Positions 31,460 through 41,717 of a DNA stretch of 64,000 nt are shown one piece after another. The notes beneath the pieces are model-generated. The model made no database searches and was not told the origin of the DNA. It saw only the letters and a list, made by a program, of their open reading frames with translations. Each line of letters begins with the position of its first letter. Position 1 is the first letter of the stretch. The translations under genes were made by a program, and so were the position numbers. Source of the DNA: Candidatus Latescibacterota bacterium (GTDB lineage Bacteria > Latescibacterota > UBA2968 > UBA8231); assembly GCA_965200315.1 (NCBI GenBank), contig OZ241362.1:4384001-4448000 (forward strand), written 5' to 3'.

Positions 31460-32256
31460 TCAGCACTTAGCAATTGTTCGAGCACATCGTTGATTTCCGT
31501 TCTTATAATCTCCGTATGATGCTTGAAAAAACCTGCTAAGTCGTAACCTAAGATCTGTTTGCAGAACGCGTATAAGGATTCTTTATTGTTTTCATTGGTG
31601 ACGCCGATGAGTATTCCACAACGATCATTACGGTATCTCAGAATGATGTCAGTATCAATTTGAGAAGAAAAAGCAGCAAATACTGGTAAGTAGCTGTTCG
31701 CCCATGCTACGGTCGCGTTGTCAATATCTGCATGTTGACGTTTAGAATCTTTGCTTTTGTATCCTTGGCGAATTTCAAAAACAACCCCGTTGGATGGTTG
31801 GGAAACTTGGCTCAAGTCTGCACAGTATTCTTTGATCCATAACTCGACATTCGTCAATACTTCCCGATTTCTGATTTCTGCAAGTTCCAACCTACCATCA
31901 AGAGACAGGGTTTTAGATTGGCCTGAACGAGTTTGGGTAGTGTAAGACCATGCAGCAGACTCAGGAGTTGTATAGCCAGTGGAGTCAATTAGAATGTCGC
32001 GGAATAGCCTTTCGCAGCCTATGCCTATTTGGCGATATATGGAAGTCATGCCGCCCGCGGCGCAGTGTGCTGCGTATATGAGATCGCTATCGAGGCCGAT
32101 CCATGAATAGAAAGGGTCTGAACCGTATAGGCTCTTGAATTCGGCCAGCGAGACTCCGGCCTCGTAGCTACCCCGTCCGAATTTTGGCCTGTATCCCTTG
32201 CTGTTTCTGATATACGCCAAGAAGGTTTCGAGATATTTGGAGTCTTGGGGTTCCAT
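31456..32256 (-). CDS. Putative Type II restriction endonuclease (PD-(D/E)XK-like)
   Basis: Adjacent to and overlapping the MTase; LDGRLE...FEIRQGYKSKDSKRQ; AT-rich. Confidence 0.65.
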   Translation of the reverse strand: MEPQDSKYLETFLAYIRNSKGYRPKFGRGSYEAGVSLAEFKSLYGSDPFYSWIGLDSDLIYAAHCAAGGMTSIYRQIGIGCERLFRDILIDSTGYTTPESAAWSYTTQTRSGQSKTLSLDGRLELAEIRNREVLTNVELWIKEYCADLSQVSQPSNGVVFEIRQGYKSKDSKRQHADIDNATVAWANSYLPVFAAFSSQIDTDIILRYRNDRCGILIGVTNENNKESLYAFCKQILGYDLAGFFKHHTEIIRTEINDVLEQLLSAE

Positions 32257-33449
32257 TACACCTCCAGCAGCAACCGCGCCGGATCCTCCAATAGTTCCTT
32301 GATCCGCACCAAAAACGAGACCGACTGCTGGCCATCGACGAGCCGATGATCGTAAGACAGTGCCACGTACATCATTGGCCGAATCACCACTTGGCCTTCC
32401 ACGGCCACGGGCCGATCCTGTATGGTGTGCATTCCCAGAATTCCACTTTGCGGCGCGTTTAGAATCGGCGTGGAAAGCAGCGAGCCGAAGACTCCGCCGT
32501 TGGTGATGGTAAAGGTGCCGCCGCTTAGCTCGTCCATGGCCAGCTTGTTGTCGCGGGCGCTCAGTGCGAGCCGCTTGATGTTGCTTTCGAGCTGGGCGAT
32601 GGACATCTGATCGGCGCGGTGCAAGACGGGGACGACTAGACCGCGCTCCGTGCTCACCGCGATCCCCAAATTGACGAAATCGTGATACACAATGTGGGCG
32701 CCGTCGATCTGCGCGTTGATGGCTGGAAATTCGCCGAGCGCGAGGACCGCGGCTCGCGAAAAGAAGGACATCAGCCCGAGCGATGAGCCGTGGACTTGGG
32801 CAAAGCGCTCCTTGTACTTGGCCCGGAGTTGCATCACCGCACTCATGTCGATTTCGTTGAAGGTCGTCAGCATAGCCGCATTGTGCTGGGCAGCGACCAA
32901 GTGCTCGGCAATGCGCTGGCGCAGCCGGCTCATTGGCTCGCGGCGGGTGAGCTCGGGATCGGCGGACGCGGGTTCGGGCGGAGTGGATTCAGGCTCAGGT
33001 GAAGGAGCGGGTTCGGGTGCAGGGGGCGGTTGAATAGGTTCAGGCGCAGATAGGGACTCTAGATGGGCGAACACGTCCTTCTTCGTCAGCCGCCCGTCCT
33101 TGCCCGTCCCCTCAATCGCGGTCGGGTCTAGCTCCTGCTCTTCGACTAAGCGACGCACGGCGGGGCTTAGGACGGGTTCGGGGTTGGACGCCGGGGCCGA
33201 AGCGGCAGCTTGTGCTGTTTCATCTATCTCCGCGACTACTGCACCTATGGCTAGCGTGGCGTCGGTGGGTTGGAGGTGTTTGAGGGCTCCGCTGGCTGGG
33301 GACGGTAGCTCGACGTTGGCCTTGTCGGTCTCTAACACGCAGAGCGGCTCGTCCTGCTCGACGCGCTCGCCATCGCCCTTGAGCCATTCGAGAAGAATGA
33401 CCTCGCTGACCGATTCGCCCATGCTCGGTATTTCGACTTGTACTGACAT
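32256..33449 (-). CDS. sucB: 2-oxoglutarate dehydrogenase E2 dihydrolipoamide succinyltransferase
   Basis: Lipoyl [49 protein letters not shown]. Confidence 0.96.
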   Translation of the reverse strand: MSVQVEIPSMGESVSEVILLEWLKGDGERVEQDEPLCVLETDKANVELPSPASGALKHLQPTDATLAIGAVVAEIDETAQAAASAPASNPEPVLSPAVRRLVEEQELDPTAIEGTGKDGRLTKKDVFAHLESLSAPEPIQPPPAPEPAPSPEPESTPPEPASADPELTRREPMSRLRQRIAEHLVAAQHNAAMLTTFNEIDMSAVMQLRAKYKERFAQVHGSSLGLMSFFSRAAVLALGEFPAINAQIDGAHIVYHDFVNLGIAVSTERGLVVPVLHRADQMSIAQLESNIKRLALSARDNKLAMDELSGGTFTITNGGVFGSLLSTPILNAPQSGILGMHTIQDRPVAVEGQVVIRPMMYVALSYDHRLVDGQQSVSFLVRIKELLEDPARLLLEV

Positions 33450-33459
33450 GCAAATGCTC

Positions 33460-36252
33460 CTAACCAGATTGTCGCCGCTGATGCAGGACCACTTCGCGGC
33501 TGCGGCCTAGTGCTTGCTCGACGATTTCTCGTTGCTCGGTTTCGTGCAGGTGCCCGGAGCCAGTGGCCGGGCTAGCCGCTTCGTCGCGGCCCACGTAGTG
33601 CAACTCGCAGTGCGCGGGCAACAGCTTCTCTATGTGAGGCTGGACAAAGGACCAAGCGCCCATGTTCTGAGATTCTTCCTGCACCCAGTAGAACTGCTTG
33701 GCCGCGGGATAGCGGCTGAACGCAGCTTGGAGTTCAGCAGCCGGAAACGGATAGAGTTCTTCGACGCGCAGCAGTGCTACTTGGTCGCTGCCGTTTTGCT
33801 CGCTGCGGGCAGCGACTAAGTCGTAGTAAATTTTGCCGGTGCAGAGCACCACCCGGGCGACGGCGGCTGGATCGGCGACGTTTGCGTCGTCGATGATCCG
33901 CTGGAACGCCCCCTCGGAAAACTCTGCTAGTTCCGAGACGCATTGCTTGTGCCGCAGGAGGCTCTTGGGGGTCATCAGCACCAGTGGCTTGCGAAAGTTG
34001 CGGTGCATCTGCCGCCGCAAAATGTGAAAAAGTTGCGCGGGCGTGGTTGGATAAGCCACCTGCATGTTGTTTTTGGCGCACGATTGCAAGAAGCGCTCTA
34101 GCCGTGCGCTAGAGTGCTCTGGTCCCATGCCCTCGTACCCGTGTGGCAACAGCAGCACCAAGCCACTCATCCGCTGCCACTTGGCTTCGCCGCTGGAAAG
34201 GAATTGGTCGATGATCATTTGCGCACCGTTGACGAAATCGCCGAACTGGGCCTCCCACAAGACCAAGCGCCTCGGATCTGCCGAGCTGATTCCGTACTCA
34301 AAGCCGAGCACTGCTAGCTCGGACAGCATGGTGTTGATCGCGACGAAGTCGGCCTGATCCCGCTCCAAGCACTGCAAGGGGACGTGCTCTGCGCCTGTTT
34401 CCGTGTCGTGCCAGACGGCGTGGCGGTGGGCAAAGGTGCCGCGCTGGGTGTCTTGGCCAGTCAGGCGCACTGCCACGCCCTCCCGCAGCAACGAACCGAA
34501 GGCCATCACCTCGCTGCAGCCCCAGTCGATGGGTGCTTGGCCAGCGGCCATGGCGCGGCGCGCTTCGACCATCCGCTGGATTGTGCGGTGCGGGGAGAAC
34601 CCTTTGGGGACTTGGATCGCCCGCTCGACGATCCTCTGTAGGATTTTGGCATCGACCGCCGTGTGTGCGCTCCAGTCATCGGGTGCCCAAGTCAGGCCCT
34701 GCCAGACGCCCCCGAAGGACGAAATTTGCGGCTGGACTTGTAGGCGGCGGGCGATTTGCTGGGCTTCTTCGAGCCGGGTGCGGATTCGTGCGCGAATATC
34801 GTCGGCTTCCTCTTGGAAAAGTTTGTTTTGGGCAATGAGTTGGAAGGAATAGAGGTGGAGGATCGTCGGATGCTGGGCGATCTTCTTGTACATCAGCGGC
34901 TGGGTCAGGGTCGGGTCGTCGGCTTCGTTGTGGCCGTGGCGGCGATAACACCACAAGTCGATGATGACGTCCACCTTGAAGCGGTGCCTGAACTCCATCG
35001 CCACTTGCGCCGCTTGGATTACGGATTCGGGGTCGTCGGCGTTGACGTGAAAGACCGGGGCCTGAATCTCCTTGGCTACGTCGGTCGGATAGGGGGTAAA
35101 GCGCGTCTCGTCGGCTAGGGCCGTATAGCCGAGTTGGTTGTTGATGATGATGTGGACGGAGCCGCCGGTGCGGTAGCCGGGCAGTTCGGATAGATTGAGA
35201 GTCTCGGAGACGATGCCTTGGCCGGTAAAGGCGGCCTCGCCATGGATGAGCACCGGGACCACCCGCTCCCCTTCGTCGTCGTGCAAGTAGGCTTGCTTGG
35301 CATAGACAATGCCCTCAATGACCGGATCGACTAGCTCTAGGTGGCTAGGGTTGAAACTGAGCGAGAGATGGACCTTACGTCCCTCTTCGGTGACGTGGTC
35401 ATGGGAATAACCCTTGTGGTATTTGACGTCGCCCTCGTCGTCGCGGTCGGTGCGGTCGGCGCCCTCAAATTCGGCGAGGATTTCCTCGTAGGGCTTGTGC
35501 AAAAGGTGCGCCAGCACGTTGAGCCGGCCGCGGTGAGCCATGCCGATGACCATCTCTTCGACGCCCAGCTTAGAGCCGGTGCTGACTAGTTCGTCCAAGA
35601 GCGGCACCATGGACTCGGCCCCTTCGAGCGAGAAGCGCTTTTGCCCGACGTAACGCGTGTGCAAAAACTGCTCAAACTCCTCGGCGGCGATTAGTCGCGC
35701 GAGCACCCGACGCGTGGCTTCTTCGGACAAATTAGGGTTGTTGAGGCAAGGTTCGATCCGCTCTTGTAGCCAGTCGCGCTGCTCCTTGTCTGGGATATCC
35801 ATGTATTCGACGCCAATGGAGCGACAATACGTGGTTTTCAGCTTGCTCAATAGCCCCTTTAGCGTCCCGTCCGTGCGCCCGAGGAAGCCGCCGTCGCCCA
35901 CGGTCTTTTCGAGGTCTTCTTCGGCGAGGCCAAACTCCGTCAAATCCAACAATGGCAGGCTCTGGCGGTTGTAGCCCAGCGGGTCGAGCCGAGCGACGAA
36001 GTGGCCCATTTGTCGATAGGCCTGCACGAGGGCTTGGACGCCTTGGAGGACCAAAAGGCCCTCGTTGGCCTCTATGGATTGCTGCAAGGCGTCTTTGCTT
36101 GGCGCCTTGGTGGTCGCAGAGCGGGCGAAACCGAATTCAAAGCCGCGGAAGAAGTGTTGCCACTCTGCTGGGATCGCGCTGGGATCACGCTGGTACTGCT
36201 CGTAGAGACTTTCAATGTACTCGGCGTTTTCGCTGTGCGTAGCAAATGACAT
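33460..36252 (-). CDS. sucA: 2-oxoglutarate dehydrogenase E1
   Basis: [57 protein letters not shown]. Confidence 0.96.
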   Translation of the reverse strand: MSFATHSENAEYIESLYEQYQRDPSAIPAEWQHFFRGFEFGFARSATTKAPSKDALQQSIEANEGLLVLQGVQALVQAYRQMGHFVARLDPLGYNRQSLPLLDLTEFGLAEEDLEKTVGDGGFLGRTDGTLKGLLSKLKTTYCRSIGVEYMDIPDKEQRDWLQERIEPCLNNPNLSEEATRRVLARLIAAEEFEQFLHTRYVGQKRFSLEGAESMVPLLDELVSTGSKLGVEEMVIGMAHRGRLNVLAHLLHKPYEEILAEFEGADRTDRDDEGDVKYHKGYSHDHVTEEGRKVHLSLSFNPSHLELVDPVIEGIVYAKQAYLHDDEGERVVPVLIHGEAAFTGQGIVSETLNLSELPGYRTGGSVHIIINNQLGYTALADETRFTPYPTDVAKEIQAPVFHVNADDPESVIQAAQVAMEFRHRFKVDVIIDLWCYRRHGHNEADDPTLTQPLMYKKIAQHPTILHLYSFQLIAQNKLFQEEADDIRARIRTRLEEAQQIARRLQVQPQISSFGGVWQGLTWAPDDWSAHTAVDAKILQRIVERAIQVPKGFSPHRTIQRMVEARRAMAAGQAPIDWGCSEVMAFGSLLREGVAVRLTGQDTQRGTFAHRHAVWHDTETGAEHVPLQCLERDQADFVAINTMLSELAVLGFEYGISSADPRRLVLWEAQFGDFVNGAQMIIDQFLSSGEAKWQRMSGLVLLLPHGYEGMGPEHSSARLERFLQSCAKNNMQVAYPTTPAQLFHILRRQMHRNFRKPLVLMTPKSLLRHKQCVSELAEFSEGAFQRIIDDANVADPAAVARVVLCTGKIYYDLVAARSEQNGSDQVALLRVEELYPFPAAELQAAFSRYPAAKQFYWVQEESQNMGAWSFVQPHIEKLLPAHCELHYVGRDEAASPATGSGHLHETEQREIVEQALGRSREVVLHQRRQSG

Positions 36253-36839
36253 AGGAACCTCCAGTTCCATGGACTGATTCTGAAGATAGACATTATATAC
36301 ACAGGTGCAAAAATAAGCTCGGCGAGCCGCCGCAATCCTCGAGGGTTTTTATAGCAGCACCTACATTTTGTCTAATCTAATTCCTTGAGAAACGTTGTTA
36401 AAACCCACGTTGGCAGTGGCTGGTGGCCAGTCCCCCACCTTATGGGGAAGAGAGTAATTGACCACTAACCACTAACCCTAAGTACACGCCAGTAGAATGG
36501 GTTGATATTGTTGGGCGTGTGTTAGGCTGCGGACCCTGTTGGTGTATGCACTGGATGGGTTGCTCAAGGCCTCGTCGAAAGCGGATTATGGCGGGTTGTT
36601 AGGGGCTGGGTTTTCTTGGATTGCCCCAGCGCACTGGATCAGCGTACAGACCAAGCCGCTACGCAGGTCGATACGGGGGCGCGTGAGGGATACAGCCCCT
36701 TGGATGGGGCCTTCTTTAGCGTATGAATAAGCACACTACGGCTCCTGTGTTTAGGGCACTTTATTTGTAATCAGCGCGAGTAAAAATAACCCTAAATCAG
36801 GGCCAGACCAAAACTTAGATTACTGTCGTGTTCTTAGCA

Positions 36840-37005
36840 GGCTGAGTTAAAACTTCCGTCAAGGTAATAGCCGAGGTAAATCCGGCGAAAAATCTCGGTA
36901 ATCCAGTACATCGTACTCAGGATGCGTTTCGATTAAATAGATGATGGGGGACGTATCCAATTCCAACGTCGTCACCTCGGCCAAGGCGTCGTCGAGTGGG
37001 ATCAC
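36840..37005 (-). pseudogene. Decayed PIN-domain (VapC) toxin
   Basis: LDDAL...LDTSPIIYLIETHPEY, then broken frames ...TSAITLTEVLTQP; end approximate. Confidence 0.65.
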
Positions 37006-37231
37006 GGTCGCTGGTCCCATTCTTCACGAAGACCATCGACATACGTTTGAGCAGCGATCCCTTGCCAAATTTCTTTGCCTAATCCACGTAGCTCCAGAAT
37101 ACTCAGTTTTTGGGGGGCAGTGGAGCGGTGAGGGCCAAATCATGAGCCGTCGTTTCCAACAGGCGCAAGCGCTCGCCGGTGGGCAACGGTTTGACATATT
37201 TTTCATAGACTTCCTCCAAGCGATCCGTCAT
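37002..37231 (-). pseudogene. Frameshifted antitoxin upstream of the PIN remnant
   Basis: MTDRLEEVY...LPTGERLRLL, then shifted frame SILELRGLGKEIWQGIAAQTYVDGLREEWD. Confidence 0.65.
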
Positions 37232-37293
37232 ACCATCTCCTTTTCCCGGTTCGAGTTTCAGCAAGGTCAGCGTTCCGAGCGCCAGCAAGTCAC

Positions 37294-38337
37294 CTACCCA
37301 TTAACCGCAACCCCCACCTTCGCCCCACTCGCCACAATCTGCGCCCACGTCTCGTCCTCTATGAAAATTCCCTCAACCTTCCGCTGCTGGGCCATCGCCC
37401 GCTCGCTGTCCCCGGGCATCAAGATCGCCTCGACTCCCGGTGAGGTGGCCGCGGATTTAACAAACTCGATGTACGTGTCGGCCTCGGCGAAATAAGCGTC
37501 TAACCCCACCAGTTTTTCCACGTCGAGCGCCAACAGCAGTGCCCCGTTGCGGAAGGGCCGATCTTGGCCTACGCAGCCGGCCCCAGCCAGCGCTCCGGCC
37601 AACAGCTCAACTCCCACGTTGAGGCCATAGCCCTTGTGGCCGAGACTGCCGCCCAAGGGCAGGATGGTGCCAGGCGGATCGGCATATAGGGTGTTGGGAT
37701 CGTTGGTCGGCTGGCCCGCGGCGTCGAGCAGCCAGCCGTCGGGCACTTGGGCACCGCGATTGCGCTGCACCCGCACCTTGCCCTCGGCCACAGCCGACGT
37801 GGTCATGTCGAGGACTACCGGCTGGCCGCTGCGCGACGGGAAGGCCATGGCGATTGGATTGGTGCCGTGCCGGGCTTCGCGCCCGCCCCACGGGGCCATG
37901 CGGCAGACCGGCGCGCCGTTGACGAACATCAGGGCAATAGCAGTCTCCTCGGCAATGCGCTCCACGTAGCTGCCGAGGCGGCCGATGTGATTGGCTTGGC
38001 GGACGGAAATAGCGGCCATGCCCACAGCCCGCGCCTTCTCCAGAGCCAGTTCCACGCCGCGGCTCATCGCGACCTGCCCAAAGCCCCAATGCGCGTCGAG
38101 CACGGCGAGCGTCGGGGCCTCGTGAACGAGTTCGACGGCCGCATCTGGCACGATGTCGCCGGCTTCGACTTGGCCCAAGTACTGGGGGATGCGGATAATT
38201 CCGTGGGAGTCGTGGCCAACGAGATTGGCCTCGACGAGCAATTCGGCGACCACGCGCGCCTCGCTGGGGCGCATTCCAGCCGCGGCAAAAATGGAGGCGG
38301 TGGTTTCAGTCAGCTTGGTATGGGAAAAGACCGGCAT
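37294..38337 (-). CDS. Ldh_2 family oxidoreductase (paralog of 13887-14936)
   Basis: GHDSHGIIRIPQY, HWGFGQV, NHIGRLG, GTNP, GHKGYGL. Confidence 0.9.
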   Translation of the reverse strand: MPVFSHTKLTETTASIFAAAGMRPSEARVVAELLVEANLVGHDSHGIIRIPQYLGQVEAGDIVPDAAVELVHEAPTLAVLDAHWGFGQVAMSRGVELALEKARAVGMAAISVRQANHIGRLGSYVERIAEETAIALMFVNGAPVCRMAPWGGREARHGTNPIAMAFPSRSGQPVVLDMTTSAVAEGKVRVQRNRGAQVPDGWLLDAAGQPTNDPNTLYADPPGTILPLGGSLGHKGYGLNVGVELLAGALAGAGCVGQDRPFRNGALLLALDVEKLVGLDAYFAEADTYIEFVKSAATSPGVEAILMPGDSERAMAQQRKVEGIFIEDETWAQIVASGAKVGVAVNG

Positions 38338-38363
38338 GAAGTCTCCTTTGGCATGGGGAGTTT

Positions 38364-38786
38364 TTACTCAGTCGGCGCACCAGCTGCGATCCACGCGCGG
38401 ATGATCTCCACCTGCTCTGCGGACAACGGCGAGCCCGGCGGCATCTGCTGACTGACGATTTCGTCGTCGCCGCGCACCTTTATCAGCAGGTACGAGCCAG
38501 CAGGATTTCCCGGATCGACCAGCTTGAAATCGGGCCGCTGGCCACTGTCAACGCCGACGATGTCATCGGCAAAATCGCCCTCCAGCGACAAACCGGCCGC
38601 GGGAGCCCCGCTGCTGTGGCAACCCGAAAGGACGCAACTAACCGCGAAGACCTCGCTGACCTCGGCGAGGGTAGCTTCCGTGCGCCTGCCTTCGCTCTCG
38701 TCTGGCCCTACCGTCGAGTCCTCGCCCCCGCAACCGGCCCACGACAGAACCGCGACCAACAGCATACATTGCGTGATTTTCGTCAT
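38364..38786 (-). CDS. Lipoprotein, putative monoheme c-type cytochrome (CX4CH)
   Basis: Lipobox WAGC; SCVLSGCH; VDPGNPAGSYL; QMPPG distal Met; IRAWIAAGA. Confidence 0.7.
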   Translation of the reverse strand: MTKITQCMLLVAVLSWAGCGGEDSTVGPDESEGRRTEATLAEVSEVFAVSCVLSGCHSSGAPAAGLSLEGDFADDIVGVDSGQRPDFKLVDPGNPAGSYLLIKVRGDDEIVSQQMPPGSPLSAEQVEIIRAWIAAGAPTE

Positions 38787-38802
38787 GTTCTCCTCCTAAA
38801 GT

Positions 38803-39825
38803 CTAGCCCGCCTCGCGCACCCGGCGCAGCAGCTCGTCGCCGCTGGCGCATTCGACGATCCAAGCGCCCACGCGCACCAAATCCTCGCGCACCCAGCCTT
38901 CCAGCAATTTTCCCAAGCTCGCCGCCACCTCGTCGCCAAATTGCCGCGCCGCCAAGCCGCACAACAACGCCCGCTCTCCTTCGATGCGACCCTGTGCCAG
39001 CCCTTCGACGCGACCCTGCGCTAACCCCTGTGCTCGGCCTTCGGCCCGGTGCCTCGACAGCCGCGCCGAACCCTCTGGTCCAGCCGTGCCCAACTGCTTG
39101 GTCAGGCCCTTGGCCACGCGCAACAAGGCGGCGGTCGTGGCCTCCGACCAGCCCTCCCGCTCGTTCAGTGCCGAGTGGATCTCGGCCGCTGTCCAGCCCG
39201 CAAACGCCCGACTCTCCTCCACCTGCCGATAGTATCCCGCCTCCCACACGCGAATCGTCAGCCCCGGCGCACCCGCACGGCGATATGGCGTAAACGCCTC
39301 TGGGACCTCCACCCACAGCTCGGGGAATCCCCATGCCTGATACTTCTGCAACTTGCTCTTCCGAATGTCCGTCGTGTGGTCCACTTCCAAAACCACATCC
39401 GGCAGGGAGTGAATGCCCAACTTCAGCCCTAGGTGATCCGGCAGCCAAGCCTCGTGTGGACGCAAATATATGAACTGATCGGGCCGCAAAATGGCCTCGT
39501 AACGGTCCTCGGCGTCTGGCCGCCAGATGCTCGTGGTGCCAAACGCCATAAAATGTGCGCCGCACTCGTCGGCGAGTTGCTGAGTAAGCTGGGCCAGATA
39601 CTGGGCCGGCAGCTCGTGATCGGCACTAACGATGTTCGCGTCGTCGGCCACAATCAGGGTTTCGGTCGGGCCGTCCCAGTATTCAAAGCGACCTTCGTAC
39701 GTTTCGATATCAGCCGCCGATACGTGCTTGGCGTGGCAGCCGGGGAACACTAGCCGCTGACCATCGAGCGTGTACAGCACCGGCCCTTCGTCCGCTAAAA
39801 TCTCTGCGACACTTTTTTCTGTCAT
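38803..39825 (-). CDS. Uma2 family endonuclease with Rpn/DUF4351-like C-terminal tail
   Basis: HE, RPD, PDVVLEVD, KLQKYQAWGFPELW; AEGRAQGLAQGRVEG repeats; ARQFG. Confidence 0.8.
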   Translation of the reverse strand: MTEKSVAEILADEGPVLYTLDGQRLVFPGCHAKHVSAADIETYEGRFEYWDGPTETLIVADDANIVSADHELPAQYLAQLTQQLADECGAHFMAFGTTSIWRPDAEDRYEAILRPDQFIYLRPHEAWLPDHLGLKLGIHSLPDVVLEVDHTTDIRKSKLQKYQAWGFPELWVEVPEAFTPYRRAGAPGLTIRVWEAGYYRQVEESRAFAGWTAAEIHSALNEREGWSEATTAALLRVAKGLTKQLGTAGPEGSARLSRHRAEGRAQGLAQGRVEGLAQGRIEGERALLCGLAARQFGDEVAASLGKLLEGWVREDLVRVGAWIVECASGDELLRRVREAG

Positions 39826-39991
39826 GGAACCTTCCTCCTTTTTTGCGACACCTCCTATCCCACTGCCACTGCCTAATTAATGCCTTGTATGGCACCTGTC
39901 AAAATGCGGCGGCAGGGTTTAATAGGCGCAGCCGAGGCATTATATTAACGAGTTTATTCACCCGCTCGTTCACCATACTTCAGGAGTACGC

Positions 39992-41533
39992 ATGAATCTA
40001 AGCTGGATTGACTACGCTATCGTCTTCGTCTATGTCGGTGCTACGATCGTCGCCGGTACGTTGGCCCGAGGGGCCATCAAGGGCATCTCCGACTTCCTCG
40101 TGGCCGGCCGCGGCCTCAAAACCCACATGGCCGTCGCCACGATGGTCTCGACCGGGCTGGGGCTGGTCACGGTCATGTACATGGCCGAAGAGGGCTTTAA
40201 GTACGGTTTCGTGCCCTTCGTCTTTGGACTCATGGCACTGATCACCACCCTAATCATCGGCCGCACCGGCTTTATCGTCAGCCGCCTGCGCCATTTGCAG
40301 GTGATGACCGTGCCCGAATTCTACGAACTCAAATACACGCGCGGCGTGCGCCTGCTCGGCGGCATCATCCTCACCTTGGCTGGCACCCTCAACATGGGGC
40401 TGTTTCCCATCCTCGGCAGCAAGTTCATCGTCGGCTTCACCGGCCTCGACAAGGAATACGTCAACTACGTCATGATCGGCATGTTGGTCATCGTCGTCTT
40501 CTACACGCTGATGGGCGGCATGGTCTCGGTGGTGCTGACGGACTTCGCGCAGTTTGTGCTGCTGGCACTGGGGTTTTTCTTCGGCACGTACATCATTCTC
40601 AATCACCCGCAGCTCGGCTGGGACAACCTCGTCCATGCCGTGCAAGTCCACAAAGGCGATGTCGGCTTTGACCCCATAGCCAATCCCGGCTACGGCATCT
40701 CAATGATCTTATTTCTATTCTGCGTCGGCTTGGTCGGTGTGGTCTGGCAACCCGAAATGATGCGGCCGCTGAGTGCCGAAAGCCCCAAGGTGGCCCGCCG
40801 CGTGTTCTGGATTTCCTCTGCCACCGTCATGGGGCGGGCGATGGTGCCGATGTTTTGGGGCATTGCGGCGCTGGCCTATTTTGGCGACCCCGGACTCGAC
40901 CCCCACTACGCGATGCCGGAAATGCTCGGCAAAATCCTGCCCATCGGCATAGCCGGCCTGCTCATGGCCGGGATGTTCGCGGCCTTTATGTCCACCCACG
41001 ACAGCTACCTGCTCGCTTGGAGCGGCGTCATCGTCCGCGACGTGGTCTCGCCGCTCAAGGCCATGCTCGCCAAGGCGAGCGGCGAGCGCGAGGAAGACGG
41101 CACTTGGGGCGGGCTGTCGAGCGAGCGCGAGATATACTGGACCCGGGCCATCGTCGTCATCCTCGCCGCCTTTTTGGCCATCTTCGGCGCGTTCTACCAG
41201 CTTCCCGAGACGGCCTTCCGCTTTATGTACGTCACCGGCAGCATCTACTTCTCCGGCTGCGTCGGCACCGTGGCCTTGGGGCTGTATTGGAAAAAGGCCA
41301 ATACCCCGGGGGCCTACTGCGCCTTGATACTGGGTGCGCTGGTGCCGCTCAACTTCCTCATTATGACCGAAAACCAGCACTTGGTGCCCGAGTTTTTGTT
41401 GCCGTTGGTCGAAAACTCCAACCTCGTCGGGCTTACCAGCCTAGCCTTGGGCGGCCTCGCCATGCTGGTCGTGGCCTCGTTCACCCAGCGCTCGCACCCG
41501 CCGCGCCCCCTAGACTTTAGCAACATGGAGTAG
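39992..41533 (+). CDS. Sodium:solute symporter
   Basis: DFLVAGR, TVPEFYE, YTLMGGM.SVVLTD.Q, AAFMSTHDS, GLYWKKAN. Confidence 0.92.
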   Translation: MNLSWIDYAIVFVYVGATIVAGTLARGAIKGISDFLVAGRGLKTHMAVATMVSTGLGLVTVMYMAEEGFKYGFVPFVFGLMALITTLIIGRTGFIVSRLRHLQVMTVPEFYELKYTRGVRLLGGIILTLAGTLNMGLFPILGSKFIVGFTGLDKEYVNYVMIGMLVIVVFYTLMGGMVSVVLTDFAQFVLLALGFFFGTYIILNHPQLGWDNLVHAVQVHKGDVGFDPIANPGYGISMILFLFCVGLVGVVWQPEMMRPLSAESPKVARRVFWISSATVMGRAMVPMFWGIAALAYFGDPGLDPHYAMPEMLGKILPIGIAGLLMAGMFAAFMSTHDSYLLAWSGVIVRDVVSPLKAMLAKASGEREEDGTWGGLSSEREIYWTRAIVVILAAFLAIFGAFYQLPETAFRFMYVTGSIYFSGCVGTVALGLYWKKANTPGAYCALILGALVPLNFLIMTENQHLVPEFLLPLVENSNLVGLTSLALGGLAMLVVASFTQRSHPPRPLDFSNME

Positions 41534-41537
41534 TGCA

Positions 41538-41717
41538 ATGGATGTCGAAACTTGGAAAGCCCTATGGCAATTCGTCTTTATCGCCGCCAGCGTCCTCTTT
41601 TACGTCATTGTCATCGCCGTCGCCTACAAGGGCTTTGGCGATGTGGCCCAGATGATCCGCAACATGGCCGCCGGCCGCGGGGCCAGTGAAGCCGCCGCTG
41701 ACGCCGAGCGCACGTGA
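41538..41717 (+). CDS. Small single-TM protein, probable symporter accessory (59 aa)
   Basis: Manual translation MDVETWKALWQFVFIAASVLFYVIVIAVAYKGFGD...; GGAG RBS; fills the gap between SSS and CRTAC1 genes. Confidence 0.7.
   Translation: MDVETWKALWQFVFIAASVLFYVIVIAVAYKGFGDVAQMIRNMAAGRGASEAAADAERT

Noticed and set aside
36415-36473. Imperfect palindrome with ACCACTA repeats upstream of sucA
   Set aside because: Single, degenerate copy; no function can be supported from this window
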